64,000 bases of DNA from Candidatus Enterousia sp. (GCA_045530935.1 JAZSDC010000004.1:3212-67211); one strand, 5' to 3'. Positions 34,557 to 45,408 are shown, counted from the stretch's first letter. The notes: a model not told the origin generated them from the sequence alone. A program made the numbers and translations.

Positions 34557-35546
34557 ATGTTAGAAACAGAACGTTTTTTAGATGCGAATATTCCAGATGA
34601 AATGGCGGCTACAATTCGTCCGCGCAGTTTATCTGATTTTATTGGGCATGAAAGTTTAAAACAAAATTTGTCAGTGTTTGTTTCGGGTGCGCGTTCGCGT
34701 GGTGAGGCAATGGATCATGTCTTGTTGTATGGTCCCCCGGGATTGGGTAAAACGACGTTGGCACATATTGTGGCAAATGAATTGGGAACGAATTTTCGTG
34801 CGACGGCGGCGCCGATGTTAACCAAACAGGGGGATTTGGCGGCGATATTGACTGCGCTGGAACCTATGGATGTTTTGTTTATTGATGAAATTCATCGATT
34901 GCCGACAGCGATTGAGGAAGTGCTGTATTCTGCGATGGAAGACTTTAAATTAGATATTATGTTGGGTGAAGGTCCCAGTGCAAAAAGCGTACGGATTGAT
35001 TTGCCACCATTTACATTGGTGGGGGCGACAACGCGTACGGGGCTGCTGTCTAATCCGTTGCGGGATAGATTTGGAATCGATTTGCGTTTGACATTCTATT
35101 CGCCCGAAGATTTGGCGCGAATTATTATGCGCAGCGCGAATATCCTGGGGACACCAATTGATGCAGATGGTGCGTTTATGTTGGCGCAATCTGCGCGTGG
35201 AACGCCCCGTATCGCAAATAGATTGCTAAAGCGCGCGCGTGATTTTGCATCCGCGTTAGGTAAAAAACAGATTTCTGCAGAAATAATAAAGACAACATTG
35301 TTTCAATTGCATATTGATGGATCTGGTTTAGACGAGATTGATCGTGAATATATGAATACAATTATTAAATTTTACGCAGGTGGACCTGTGGGGATAGAAA
35401 ATTTGGCCGCCGCATTGTCAGAGCCAGTAGATACAATCGAAGATGTAATTGAACCATATTTGATGCAATTGGGGTTTGTGCAACGTACCCCGCGTGGAAG
35501 AATTATTACAGATTTGGGGTATCGGCACTTGGGGTTGGATAAGTAG
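34557..35546 (+). CDS. ruvB: Holliday junction branch migration helicase RuvB
   Basis: [13 protein letters not shown], Walker [12 protein letters not shown], Walker [10 protein letters not shown], and [11 protein letters not shown]. Confidence 0.97.
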   Translation: MLETERFLDANIPDEMAATIRPRSLSDFIGHESLKQNLSVFVSGARSRGEAMDHVLLYGPPGLGKTTLAHIVANELGTNFRATAAPMLTKQGDLAAILTALEPMDVLFIDEIHRLPTAIEEVLYSAMEDFKLDIMLGEGPSAKSVRIDLPPFTLVGATTRTGLLSNPLRDRFGIDLRLTFYSPEDLARIIMRSANILGTPIDADGAFMLAQSARGTPRIANRLLKRARDFASALGKKQISAEIIKTTLFQLHIDGSGLDEIDREYMNTIIKFYAGGPVGIENLAAALSEPVDTIEDVIEPYLMQLGFVQRTPRGRIITDLGYRHLGLDK

Positions 35547-35552
35547 TTTATT

Positions 35553-35930
35553 ATGTATAAAATTCACAAATTTCCATTTACTATTGCCTATGCTGATACA
35601 GATGCAGAAGGTATTGTTTATCATGCGCGGTACCTGGAAATTGCGGAACGGGCACGAATGAATTGGTTGCGTGGTCGTGTTGTTGTTGGTGATGATATAG
35701 GATTTGTTATTCGTGAATTGAATGTCAGATATATGCAGCCGTTGCGTGCAGCAGATGAATTTTTTGTAGAAACCCAAATGGTAGATATAGGGGCGGCAAT
35801 TGTAAAAATAGAACAAAAATTCGTGAAAGGTGCGGATATTTGTGCTATAATAAACCTTAAGGTTGCGTATTTGGGGGCTAATATGCGTCCAAAAAGAATC
35901 CCTGATGAGTTTATTTCAGGTTTGGTTTAA
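35553..35930 (+). CDS. ybgC: Tol-Pal-associated acyl-CoA thioesterase YbgC
   Basis: Hotdog-fold signature YADTDAEGIVYHARYLE; located directly upstream of tolQ. Confidence 0.85.
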   Translation: MYKIHKFPFTIAYADTDAEGIVYHARYLEIAERARMNWLRGRVVVGDDIGFVIRELNVRYMQPLRAADEFFVETQMVDIGAAIVKIEQKFVKGADICAIINLKVAYLGANMRPKRIPDEFISGLV

Positions 35931-35952
35931 AAACATAAAAAGGGTAACGGAA

Positions 35953-36432
35953 ATGGATAGTAATTTTTCTTTATTAAGCTTGTTTACAGGTGATTTGATG
36001 ACGGTGTTTGTGTCGATTGTGTTGTTGGGGTTCAGTATTATGTCATGGACGGTAATTGTTGAAAAAATTCGTTTGTGGCATATACAGAAAAAGACACCTG
36101 TGAAAATGAAGCCAAATGAAAATATTGATGTTTTTATTCGCCCTTTTGACAAGAATTTATGGTTCTTGTCTATGGTGGCATATATTTCTCCGTTTATTGG
36201 TTTGTTTGGAACTGTTTGGGGTGTTATGGATTCTTTCGCAGCGATTGGTGTTAATCAATCGGTCAGCATTGGTGTTATTGCCCCGGGGTTGGCGGTTGCG
36301 CTGGGGACAACAGCGTTGGGCTTGATTGCTGCAATTCCTGCGGCGATTGCGCATCAATACTTTACTAAAAAATCGGATGATTTGTATGAACGCTTAGAAT
36401 GTGCATGCAAAGAACATAAAAATCAAAAATAA
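35953..36432 (+). CDS. tolQ: TolQ (MotA/TolQ/ExbB proton channel), unusually short at 159 aa
   Basis: Three TM segments. Conserved ISPFIGLFGTVWGVM and APGLAVALGTTALGLIAAIPA. ATG at 35953 within ORF 35863..36432. Confidence 0.85.
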   Translation: MDSNFSLLSLFTGDLMTVFVSIVLLGFSIMSWTVIVEKIRLWHIQKKTPVKMKPNENIDVFIRPFDKNLWFLSMVAYISPFIGLFGTVWGVMDSFAAIGVNQSVSIGVIAPGLAVALGTTALGLIAAIPAAIAHQYFTKKSDDLYERLECACKEHKNQK

Positions 36433-36438
36433 TGGTGA

Positions 36439-36843
36439 ATGTGCATGTCCAGATTTAGACGCAGAAATTCAGACGCTTCTATTCAGTTAACACCAATGAT
36501 TGATGTTATGACGGTGTTGCTGGCAGTGTTTATGGTTACGACACCCTTAATGACAACAGGAATTGATTTAGAATTGCCGCGCGCGGGCGCATCTGCGATG
36601 ACAGGGAATGATCATGCGATTCAGATTAGTGTTGATTCAAAGGGGCGTTATTATTTGGCAGAAATGGAAATGTCGCGTGAGGAGGTTGTTAAACGTGCAA
36701 TTGCAATGCGGGGCGAAAATCCAAATTTAACCATAATGATAAGTGGTGATACTCATGCTGATTATGGCGCGGTTATGAGTGTTATGGGAAAATTAAAGGA
36801 TGTTGGATTTCAAAAAGTGGGGTTGCGTACGCAGCCAGAATAG
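36439..36843 (+). CDS. tolR: TolR (ExbD/TolR family)
   Basis: IQLTPMIDVMTVLLAVFMV, then a periplasmic ExbD-type domain (ISGDTHADYGAVMSVMGKLKDVGF). Confidence 0.85.
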   Translation: MCMSRFRRRNSDASIQLTPMIDVMTVLLAVFMVTTPLMTTGIDLELPRAGASAMTGNDHAIQISVDSKGRYYLAEMEMSREEVVKRAIAMRGENPNLTIMISGDTHADYGAVMSVMGKLKDVGFQKVGLRTQPE

Positions 36844-36846
36844 GAT

Positions 36847-37629
36847 ATGGCCAAGTTTAATTTATTTTCATCGGAAAATTTTTTGATTTCTTTGGGGGGA
36901 CATTTGGTTCTGGTGGCGGTTATGCTGACCTCTTTTGCGGTTGTGTTTAATCGTGCTAAATTGGTCGCGCCAGACAGAATTCAAATTATAGAAATTGATT
37001 TAAATGATGTTGTTGTATCCGGAGAAGAAACAAAATTATATAATGTCGGCAATGTTATGGAATCTAAGCCAGATGCAAAAGATGTGTCGCCTGTGGTAAA
37101 ACCAGATAAAGAAGATAAATCTGCCGAGGTAGAACCAGAAAAAATAGAAAATCCAACCCTGGTTGAAGAGCCTGAACCGAAACCTGTAATTGAGACAGAA
37201 AAAAAGAAGGAAGACAAGAAACAGGAAGAGAAAAAAGATTCAAAACCTGTTGAACCTGCCCCTAAAAAACGTAAGGTTGTCCGTGTTAATCGGGAAGTTT
37301 TATCTTTGGACAGAACATTGACGGTATCTGTTGTTGATGCGTTGCGTGTTGCAATGACACGTTGTTGGATTGTTGATAGTAAACGGCCTGATATTGCGGA
37401 TATCCGTGCTGTTGCGCATTTGACAATGCGTAAAAACGGGACTGTTCGTGATGTTTGGTTTGAATCACAGGCGCGTGAAGAAACGGATGCGGCATTCGCT
37501 TATGTCCTGGGGACGATACGAGATGCGATAAACCGCTGCCAGCCGTTGCGCATGTTGCCAGAAAAAGAATTTTCAAAGTGGGAAAAAATCCAGTTAACCT
37601 TTTATCCAACCCAAGGTAAGGTTATGTGA
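36847..37629 (+). CDS. tolA: TolA-like cell envelope integrity protein
   Basis: N-terminal TM segment, P/E/K-rich linker (EPEKIENPTLVEEPEPKPVIETEKKKEDKKQEEKK) and a small C-terminal domain. Position is after tolR. Confidence 0.7.
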   Translation: MAKFNLFSSENFLISLGGHLVLVAVMLTSFAVVFNRAKLVAPDRIQIIEIDLNDVVVSGEETKLYNVGNVMESKPDAKDVSPVVKPDKEDKSAEVEPEKIENPTLVEEPEPKPVIETEKKKEDKKQEEKKDSKPVEPAPKKRKVVRVNREVLSLDRTLTVSVVDALRVAMTRCWIVDSKRPDIADIRAVAHLTMRKNGTVRDVWFESQAREETDAAFAYVLGTIRDAINRCQPLRMLPEKEFSKWEKIQLTFYPTQGKVM

Positions 37630-37669
37630 TGTGAGGCCTGCGGGGAGAGAGAAAACCAAAGGCAAAACT

Positions 37670-38788
37670 ATGTATAAAAATTATTGTTCGGAAAATTGGT
37701 ATCAAGCAACAGATAAGTTTATAAAAAATGCTCAGGGACGCGGGACGTTGCGTTGGTGTGTTGTATCAGGACATGAATATGATATTCCATATATTTTAAT
37801 TGGCAATGGTGAAAATCGTATTGTGATTAATTCGGGTGTACATGGAATAGAGGGCTATTTCGGCAGCGCTGCGCAGAATATGTTTTTGGACAAAATGGTG
37901 GATAAATTACCAACAAAATTATTGGATGAATATACGATTGTTCTGATTCATGTTATTAATGGTTGGGGAATGCAAAATCGTATGCGCGAGGTTTTAGATA
38001 AAAAACGTGGTGGTTTGGTGGATTTAAACAGAAATTTTGGGGTTGATTTTACAGATAAAAGTGCCCTGCCCCAAAATCTGAAGTATGAATTTGCGCATGA
38101 TTTGTTATTGTCAAAGCCAGATAAGATTACCAAGAAAAATGCAATTAAAGAATTTCGCAAAAAACATTTGCATGATGGCGTGTGGAATGCAATAAGCTAT
38201 GGGCAGTATAAGTATCCGTATGGGCTGTTTTATGGTGGAATGGCGCCGATGATAGAAAATAAAATGGCGTTAAGTATATATGACGATATTATGCAAGGGG
38301 CAAAATCATTAACATCAATAGGATTACATACGGGGTTGGGACGCTTTGAAAGGCGGTGTGGGCGTGTTTCTTCGCACTTATTGGTATCGCATCCGTTGTC
38401 GCATAGAAATACCAAATACTTTTCAGATATTTTTTCTGATACAGATGTTGTCTCAGACGAGAAGGCAGTAAACGGACCAACATTACTGGGGGATTTGGTA
38501 GATTGTTTAGAGGCGCGATATGCGACGCCAGAATTACCAGTGTATACAGCAGATTTTGAAGTTGGTACTGGTGAGTTTCCGATTATGTCACCTATCTATA
38601 AAAGAATGGATATGGGGGATGCGCGATATGATTTAATAAATTATGGACAAATTAATTCGCAGACGTTGGTAAATTTAACCGAGAGCTGGTATCCATCGGA
38701 CGCAAGATGGCGTAATGCAGCGCTGGGGCAAGCGTATGTATTGTTTAAAGAATTATTTGAAACGTTGACAAAAAAAGCACAACGTTAA
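37670..38788 (+). CDS. Hypothetical protein, possibly DUF2817/M14-like zinc carboxypeptidase fold
   Basis: INSGVHGIEGYFGSAAQ resembles the H-x-x-E zinc motif context of the M14/DUF2817 family. This is motif recall only. Confidence 0.5.
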   Translation: MYKNYCSENWYQATDKFIKNAQGRGTLRWCVVSGHEYDIPYILIGNGENRIVINSGVHGIEGYFGSAAQNMFLDKMVDKLPTKLLDEYTIVLIHVINGWGMQNRMREVLDKKRGGLVDLNRNFGVDFTDKSALPQNLKYEFAHDLLLSKPDKITKKNAIKEFRKKHLHDGVWNAISYGQYKYPYGLFYGGMAPMIENKMALSIYDDIMQGAKSLTSIGLHTGLGRFERRCGRVSSHLLVSHPLSHRNTKYFSDIFSDTDVVSDEKAVNGPTLLGDLVDCLEARYATPELPVYTADFEVGTGEFPIMSPIYKRMDMGDARYDLINYGQINSQTLVNLTESWYPSDARWRNAALGQAYVLFKELFETLTKKAQR

Positions 38789-38806
38789 GTTGTGCTTCCT
38801 TGTTTT
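38776..38806 (+). terminator. Possible terminator
   Basis: AGCACAAC-GTTAA-GTTGTGCT (the stop codon sits in the loop), then a T-rich tail. Confidence 0.4.
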
Positions 38807-38903
38807 GTGTATGGGGTATATTTTTTTATTTTTTTCGAGCATTTTTTTCTTGCTTAGAACGCTGTTTTTTTTCTAGGATTTATATTAATGAGAGGATAGA
38901 TTT

Positions 38904-41900
38904 ATGCTTGGTAAGCATTTTATGCCGAGTTTTTTGCGTTTTTTCGCGTCTTTGTTGGTTGGGACGCTGTTTGTTTACGAATCGTTTGCAGCAACATATC
39001 CTGCTGGGGGTAATGTTGATCCATACCTGTATACTCAGAATCCGATGACTTTTGTGGCGGTGTATGATGTCTTGGGGGATACAGATATTCAGTATGATAA
39101 CGGCGGAATTGGTGATTTAGAGAGTGTTGAGTTAAAGAAAACATGTTCCGTAGATGCGTTGCCATTTGTGTTGCCTGTGTTGACCCAAGAAGGCTATACT
39201 TTTAATGGCTGGTCTGTTGATTCTGGATGTGCGGGTTTGGTAGAATGTTCAAATTATATCAGAAGTGTTGAGGTTTGTGGAGATAATATGAAATTCTATG
39301 CCAATTGGCGCAGAAATTCATTTAATGTTGTTTATTCTTCAGGAGATGATGTACTTGGCGATGCGCCAGAAGGACCAATTGAATGTGCGTATGGTGCAGA
39401 TTGCAAAGCCCCAGATAATACATATACAAGGGTTGGGTATCAGTTTAGCGGTTGGGGATGTCAAGCTAGTGTTGGCGAATGTGAAAAAAGCGTGTATGCA
39501 GTGGGCGAAGATATCTCGATGGCGACGGATGTTGATGCTGGTGTGATTACACTGACTGCTTTATGGTCCGCATGTGATACAATGACAGATTCTTCATGTG
39601 GTTGTTCTGTTGGAGAATATCCACAACAAGGGGTTTGTACGGATTGTGTTCATAGTTGTGAAAATGATGCGGATGGTTTTGTTGTTGGAAATTATAATGT
39701 TTGTCAGGGGCAAACAGATGCGTTGTGTGTGCGTATGTGTACAACAGATGATGTAGAAAATTCTGTTGAAGTTGAAGGAACTGTTTCCAAGGGTAACTTT
39801 GTTCAACGTGCCAGTTTGTGCGCGGCGACAAAGTGTAAAGCAACACATTATTTGGATAATGGTCAATGTGCCATATGTCCAGAAAACGCCAGTTGTTCAG
39901 GGACTGATTCTTGGAAATGTATGAGTGGTTATGAAAAAGATGGAAATGTATGTGTTCCAAAGGATATTACGGTTACATTCGATACAAATGGTGGTTCTGG
40001 GGGGACGGATTCTGTATCTATAACATATGGTGAATTGTTGCCAGATATTGATGTGCCTGTACACAATGAAAATTATGTTTTTGATGGTTATTGGGATAAT
40101 GCGGATGGTGGTGTGCAGTACTATGACGAAAAAGGTGTATTGATTAAAAAAGTTTTGGTAGACAGCGACATGGTATTATACGCGCATTGGGTTGAACGTG
40201 GTGTGTGTATGCCGGGTATGTATTATGATGCGGATTCAGGGATTTTCTTGCCATGTCCTGCATCTGTAGATGGTCAGGGGTATTATTGTCCGGGTGGTAC
40301 AGGTACAGACTGTCCAAAGATTGCATGTCCGTCTGATTATCCGTTGGCTGTTGCGCGTTCAACGGATGAAGGTCAGTGTTATGTAAAATCAACGGCCAAG
40401 TGTTATTGTTATAAAAATTCGCAGGAAAATTGTGAAGAACCATATAATGCGAACAGTTGTACATATAAAACAAGTCGTTTTGAAGGTGTTCTTTATAAAG
40501 ATAATCCTGATACATGTGTTGCTGACCCAGAAGATGATAATATTGTATGCCAACCTAGTGTTGTAACGTGTAATTCTGGTTATTATTTTTCTGGTGATTT
40601 AGAATACGGAAAGTGCGTATTGTGTTCTACATTGGCAAATGGTGAATATAGTATATCGAATGCGCTTATCGGTGATTTACCTGATTCAACTGTTGGGGCG
40701 TTGGCTTGTTTCTATCGTACGAAGTTAGCGTGCACCCCCCCAGTATGTCCATCAGAGGGTACAGGTACATGTACGTATGATGCATCGTCGTTTAAATCTA
40801 ATGGTGCGATTATGCGATATGGTACAACAGAACCGGTTGTGTCAAAGGATGTTTCTGATTATATGTGTCCATTAAGTAAGGATACGCCCAATGTTGCACC
40901 TGTTTGGAGTTGTGAGGATGGTTATTATAAAAACGAGAATGCAGATATAGATCCAACAGATGGTTCTGCTTCATTGCCGTCAGAGTTGTGTTTGCCACGT
41001 GTGTATTCTGTGACACTGAATTCAAATGGCGCGGATGTTGCAGGAACAACAGTGATATACGAAAAGTATAAAACAGGCTGGTTTGAAGATGAAAATGCAA
41101 CTGTGGCGATAAGCAAGATTGTGAAACCAGAAAAGAAGTACAGTACTTTTGATGGGTATTATACAGTTGCAGTTGCTGGATTGGCAAATGCAAAGCCGGC
41201 GATTGACGCAAATGGTGTGATTAATTTGGCGACAGACAGTTTGTCGGACATGACCTTGTATGCATGGTGGAAACCGAATACATATGTTGTTGCATATAAT
41301 GCGAATGGTGGTGTTGGTGTTATGACCAGTGAAAAACATACCTGTTCAACTAGTTATAACTTGGCGGCAAACACTTTTGAACCGAATGGTAATAAAGAAT
41401 TTCTGGGGTGGGCATTATCGGCGGATGCATCTGCACCAGATTTTGCAGCAGGTGAATCTGTATCTAATTTAACAGACAAGGATGGTGTCGTTGTGACTTT
41501 ATATGCCGTATGGGCGGATTGTGCGGTATGTAATCCGGGACATGGTGCAAATTGTCAGTTGTCTGCACCAAAGGGTGTTTGTACATATACGACAGAATGT
41601 TTGCCACACTACCAGGATATTCAGAATGCATCAACGCCACAGCCTGTTTGTGTTGCAACAGAATATAATGTAAAATTTGAAACAAATGGCGGTGTGTTTG
41701 ATGCAACTGCAAATGTGGCAGATAAATGTTCGATTGATGCGACAAAAATACTGTTGCCAACAGCGGATCAGATGCAGCGTGAAGATTATAAGTTTGTTGG
41801 TTGGTATAATAATTCTAATTTTATGGGAAATGCGATTACTGAAATAGAACAAGGGGCTTGTGTTTCTGATGTAACGCTGTATGCAAAGTGGCAATTGAAT

Positions 41901-44900
41901 GTTTTGATGTGTCAGGAAGGCTTGTTTTATGATGGCAATGAAATGCAACAATGTCCAAAAGGCAGTTATTGTCCGGGTGAAGATAAGGTAGTTATTGGTA
42001 CGGTTGGTTGTGCCATTGCGTGTCCTGATGGATATGTTGATGGTGGTTTGGGATATAAGTCAGAGGAACAGTGTCAGATTAATGTACCACAGGGTAAATA
42101 TTTGGCAACGGCCAAGACAAAGGATATTTTAACGTGTCCTGTTGGGCAATATACGGCAAATGCGCGCTTGGTTTCATACGGTCAGACAAGTGATTGTACA
42201 GGGTGTGAGGCTGGGAATTACTGTCAAGATGGAAAGAAGTATTCTTGTTCGGTACAGACCAATGCAGTATTTGTAAAAAGTAATCCCAATAGTGGTTATA
42301 TTGAAGATTGTTACGCATTGACCGCGGCGGGTAAATATATTGCTAATAATCAGGTAGAGGTCTGTAAGGCGCCTAGCTATTGTCCAGGTAATATAACCGT
42401 GCATTATAATTCATTTGGTGGCAGTTTGGCATGTGCGGATCTGTCAAAAGATGTAGAATGGTTCAGTGATATCACAGAAAATTCTGCAAGTACACCAAGT
42501 AAGTGCTATGTCATGGTTGAAGAAGGTGCTTATTGGAATGGCAACTCTGCTGTACCGTGTGCGCTGAATACATATAATATGCAGCACAAGGTTTATTATG
42601 GTCAGGTTAGCAGTTGTTTGTCGTGTCCGACGGGGTATACATCTGATGTTGGGGCTGAGGAATGTCATTTGTTTACGACGCCAGGTAAATATGTTGCGGT
42701 GTCTGGTGGGGGTGAAACAAATTGTATGCCAGGCGATTATTGCAAGGGTGATGTGAAAGTTATGTATAGTGGTACAGGCGGTAATATTTCTTGTAAGACA
42801 TTAGGACAAGAATACACTTCTGCAGCGAATGCTGGCAGTGAAGATATGTGCTATAAGTCTTGTTCGTTGACGGAACACGCAACCCAGATGGAAGGTTATG
42901 ACTATTATGGTGCAGGTAAAGATACATGTAAGGCCGTTGCATGCGAGACAGGTTTCTATGTAGTTGATGGAGCGTGTACAATTGTTAAGTATGATATATC
43001 ATATGAAACAAATGGTGGTACGATTGCTAATGGATTTGATTTGGTAACAGAATGCGAGATTGGCAGTAAAGATATTGTATTGCCAGATGCAAAGAATGTT
43101 ACACGTGAATTCCATGTCTTTGATGGTTGGTATGATAATCCAGAATTTAATGGGGAAGCGATTAAATCTATACCGGCTGGTGCCTGTGTTGCAAACAAGA
43201 TGTTGTATGCAAAATGGCTAAAAACTATGGAAGTTACGTATGTTGCAACGGAAATATCCGCACAGTATGCAAATATGCCAAATAAGACGATTTGTATTGA
43301 AGGAAAGCCTTGTGCGCTTGCTTCGATGGAAGTGGCTGGTGGTGATAATGCAAATAATTATTCATTTGTTTCATGGGTGTGTACAGATTGCAATCAAGAC
43401 TATCAGGGACAAGATTTTTATGTTGGCCAGGATATTAGTGAACTGTTTGGTATGGGATTATCACAATTTGTTATGCAACCAAAAATTGCGGTTAGGATTT
43501 CATATCAATGTGATAATGGTGCAACAGACGGTCAGAATCCTGCGGTGCTAGAGTTTGAGGAATTTGAGTTGCCATTAAGTACAGCCTGTGTTAAAGAAGG
43601 TTATAAGATTATTGGTTGGAAAAAGATTGGAGATGATGCCAGTGTTCATTCTTTGGGAGAAGTTGTTAAGCCTGTGAAACCGACAGTCTTTGTTCCGGCG
43701 TGGTTAGAAAGTGGCGTAGTAACCTTGTGGGCACAAAAACGTGTTAATGATGCGCCGTCGACAGAAGTTATAGAATGTGATATTGCGTCAGAAACTATTG
43801 AGTTGCCAATACCGAGTGGTGATATTGAATTTGGTGGCTGGTATGATAATCTTGCCTTTACAGGGGAAGCGGTTACTTCGATTCCTGCGGGTACATGCGT
43901 TGGAAATAAAAGATTGTACGCAAAAATGACGCCACCTGTTTATTCCTTGGATGATAATGGGGCGCAAACCGCAGGAGTAAGCAAATTGTATTATACCCCA
44001 TCTGCTGCGATAAATGGTGCACTGGGCTATGTGTTCTTTGATACCGCTGATAATACTTGGTATACGGATTATAAGCAGTCGTTGGCGAAGCTGCCAGTGA
44101 AACAGAATTATTCGTTGATTGGCTATAAACAGGAATGTGGTGCGTTTTCGTGTATGGTGATAGATGGGGTTGGAAACATTATAAGCGCCCCGTGTTGTGG
44201 TACAACTGTTCCGTTGGTTGCACAGTGGGAGCCAGAGGAATATAATATATCGTATGAGAATGATGGCGGTAAGTTCGTTGGGAATGTAAAAAATCATTGC
44301 GATATTGAAACAGCTAAATTTGTGTTACCAACATTGGAAAAATCAGGCTATACATTTGGGGGATGGTACGATAACCCACAGTTTACAGGGAATCCTGTTG
44401 TGAATGTTGCAGCGGGTGCATGTTCAAAAGACTTGGCATTTTATGCAAAGTTCACAGATTGTCCAGCGGGTTATATCTGTGATCCATCGGTTGATATGGG
44501 ACAGCCGAAATCGTGCGATGTATTGACTAATGGGACACATAAGTTTGCGGCGGCCAATTCTGGTGATGTTTCGGATTGTTATTTACTGTGTGAAGCATAT
44601 GACGTCAGAGGTGGTAAAGCGGTGCCAGTGTCAGAATTTGAATTCTATCCATCACAGTGCACGTTTGAAGGTATTTCAAATACTGGAAATCCTTGTGAAA
44701 TTAAGGATGGTAAGTGTATAGAAACAAAATGTAATTATAATTATGAAATGGATGATGGGGTTTGTGTACCTTGTGCGCGCGAAAATGCTATATCGTATAA
44801 ACAAGGTGATAATAACTGTGTCATAGAATCGTGTCAGACAGGATTCCATCCAAATGGCCAGATGTGCGAAAAGGATGTGATTGCATGTGAAGCACCAAAT

Positions 44901-45383
44901 GCTGTTGCTGCGACACAAAAATGGGATCATAGTAAAAATGCGTTTGCAGAATGTGTTGTGACGGAATGTGCGGATGGATTCCATGTAGAGGTTAATACAT
45001 GTCAAGCAGATGAACAGACATGTGATGTCGAAAATGGTATTGGTGTACGTGTTTGGAATCATAAGGCACATGCATGGGGTGAATGTGTGGCAACAAAGTG
45101 TGACCCGGGATACACAAATGACCGCAGTCAAACGAATGAACTGTGGAAGCAGTGTGGTCGTTGCAATAACATGTACAGCGCAAATGGTGATTTAGCGGCC
45201 AGTACATATGTTAATGGTTGTGAAATTGCAAGCTGTATGTATGAAGGAGAGTTGTATACATTGGATAATAATGAATGCTTGTTAATATGTGATAATTATT
45301 CTGATGAAACAGGTTCCAGAAGATGGGTTGCCAGCAGTGGTCGTTGTGAACACAAATGTGCGCCGGGATATATGGAATGGTGA
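38904..45383 (+). CDS. Giant secreted protein (2159 aa): mosaic of Listeria-Bacteroides (InlB B-repeat-like) modules and Cys-rich modules
   Basis: GAGAGGA RBS and N-terminal signal MLGKHFMPSFLRFFASLLVGTLFVYESFA. At least 10 modules fit Y.V.(F/Y).(T/A)NGG.......(Y/F).F.GW(Y)....F.G..I......C......LYAKW. These are interspersed with CxxC/CPxG-rich blocks. Confidence 0.85.
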   Translation: MLGKHFMPSFLRFFASLLVGTLFVYESFAATYPAGGNVDPYLYTQNPMTFVAVYDVLGDTDIQYDNGGIGDLESVELKKTCSVDALPFVLPVLTQEGYTFNGWSVDSGCAGLVECSNYIRSVEVCGDNMKFYANWRRNSFNVVYSSGDDVLGDAPEGPIECAYGADCKAPDNTYTRVGYQFSGWGCQASVGECEKSVYAVGEDISMATDVDAGVITLTALWSACDTMTDSSCGCSVGEYPQQGVCTDCVHSCENDADGFVVGNYNVCQGQTDALCVRMCTTDDVENSVEVEGTVSKGNFVQRASLCAATKCKATHYLDNGQCAICPENASCSGTDSWKCMSGYEKDGNVCVPKDITVTFDTNGGSGGTDSVSITYGELLPDIDVPVHNENYVFDGYWDNADGGVQYYDEKGVLIKKVLVDSDMVLYAHWVERGVCMPGMYYDADSGIFLPCPASVDGQGYYCPGGTGTDCPKIACPSDYPLAVARSTDEGQCYVKSTAKCYCYKNSQENCEEPYNANSCTYKTSRFEGVLYKDNPDTCVADPEDDNIVCQPSVVTCNSGYYFSGDLEYGKCVLCSTLANGEYSISNALIGDLPDSTVGALACFYRTKLACTPPVCPSEGTGTCTYDASSFKSNGAIMRYGTTEPVVSKDVSDYMCPLSKDTPNVAPVWSCEDGYYKNENADIDPTDGSASLPSELCLPRVYSVTLNSNGADVAGTTVIYEKYKTGWFEDENATVAISKIVKPEKKYSTFDGYYTVAVAGLANAKPAIDANGVINLATDSLSDMTLYAWWKPNTYVVAYNANGGVGVMTSEKHTCSTSYNLAANTFEPNGNKEFLGWALSADASAPDFAAGESVSNLTDKDGVVVTLYAVWADCAVCNPGHGANCQLSAPKGVCTYTTECLPHYQDIQNASTPQPVCVATEYNVKFETNGGVFDATANVADKCSIDATKILLPTADQMQREDYKFVGWYNNSNFMGNAITEIEQGACVSDVTLYAKWQLNVLMCQEGLFYDGNEMQQCPKGSYCPGEDKVVIGTVGCAIACPDGYVDGGLGYKSEEQCQINVPQGKYLATAKTKDILTCPVGQYTANARLVSYGQTSDCTGCEAGNYCQDGKKYSCSVQTNAVFVKSNPNSGYIEDCYALTAAGKYIANNQVEVCKAPSYCPGNITVHYNSFGGSLACADLSKDVEWFSDITENSASTPSKCYVMVEEGAYWNGNSAVPCALNTYNMQHKVYYGQVSSCLSCPTGYTSDVGAEECHLFTTPGKYVAVSGGGETNCMPGDYCKGDVKVMYSGTGGNISCKTLGQEYTSAANAGSEDMCYKSCSLTEHATQMEGYDYYGAGKDTCKAVACETGFYVVDGACTIVKYDISYETNGGTIANGFDLVTECEIGSKDIVLPDAKNVTREFHVFDGWYDNPEFNGEAIKSIPAGACVANKMLYAKWLKTMEVTYVATEISAQYANMPNKTICIEGKPCALASMEVAGGDNANNYSFVSWVCTDCNQDYQGQDFYVGQDISELFGMGLSQFVMQPKIAVRISYQCDNGATDGQNPAVLEFEEFELPLSTACVKEGYKIIGWKKIGDDASVHSLGEVVKPVKPTVFVPAWLESGVVTLWAQKRVNDAPSTEVIECDIASETIELPIPSGDIEFGGWYDNLAFTGEAVTSIPAGTCVGNKRLYAKMTPPVYSLDDNGAQTAGVSKLYYTPSAAINGALGYVFFDTADNTWYTDYKQSLAKLPVKQNYSLIGYKQECGAFSCMVIDGVGNIISAPCCGTTVPLVAQWEPEEYNISYENDGGKFVGNVKNHCDIETAKFVLPTLEKSGYTFGGWYDNPQFTGNPVVNVAAGACSKDLAFYAKFTDCPAGYICDPSVDMGQPKSCDVLTNGTHKFAAANSGDVSDCYLLCEAYDVRGGKAVPVSEFEFYPSQCTFEGISNTGNPCEIKDGKCIETKCNYNYEMDDGVCVPCARENAISYKQGDNNCVIESCQTGFHPNGQMCEKDVIACEAPNAVAATQKWDHSKNAFAECVVTECADGFHVEVNTCQADEQTCDVENGIGVRVWNHKAHAWGECVATKCDPGYTNDRSQTNELWKQCGRCNNMYSANGDLAASTYVNGCEIASCMYEGELYTLDNNECLLICDNYSDETGSRRWVASSGRCEHKCAPGYMEW

Positions 45384-45408
45384 TGTGTAAGATAAAGAGA
45401 GAAAAAAA

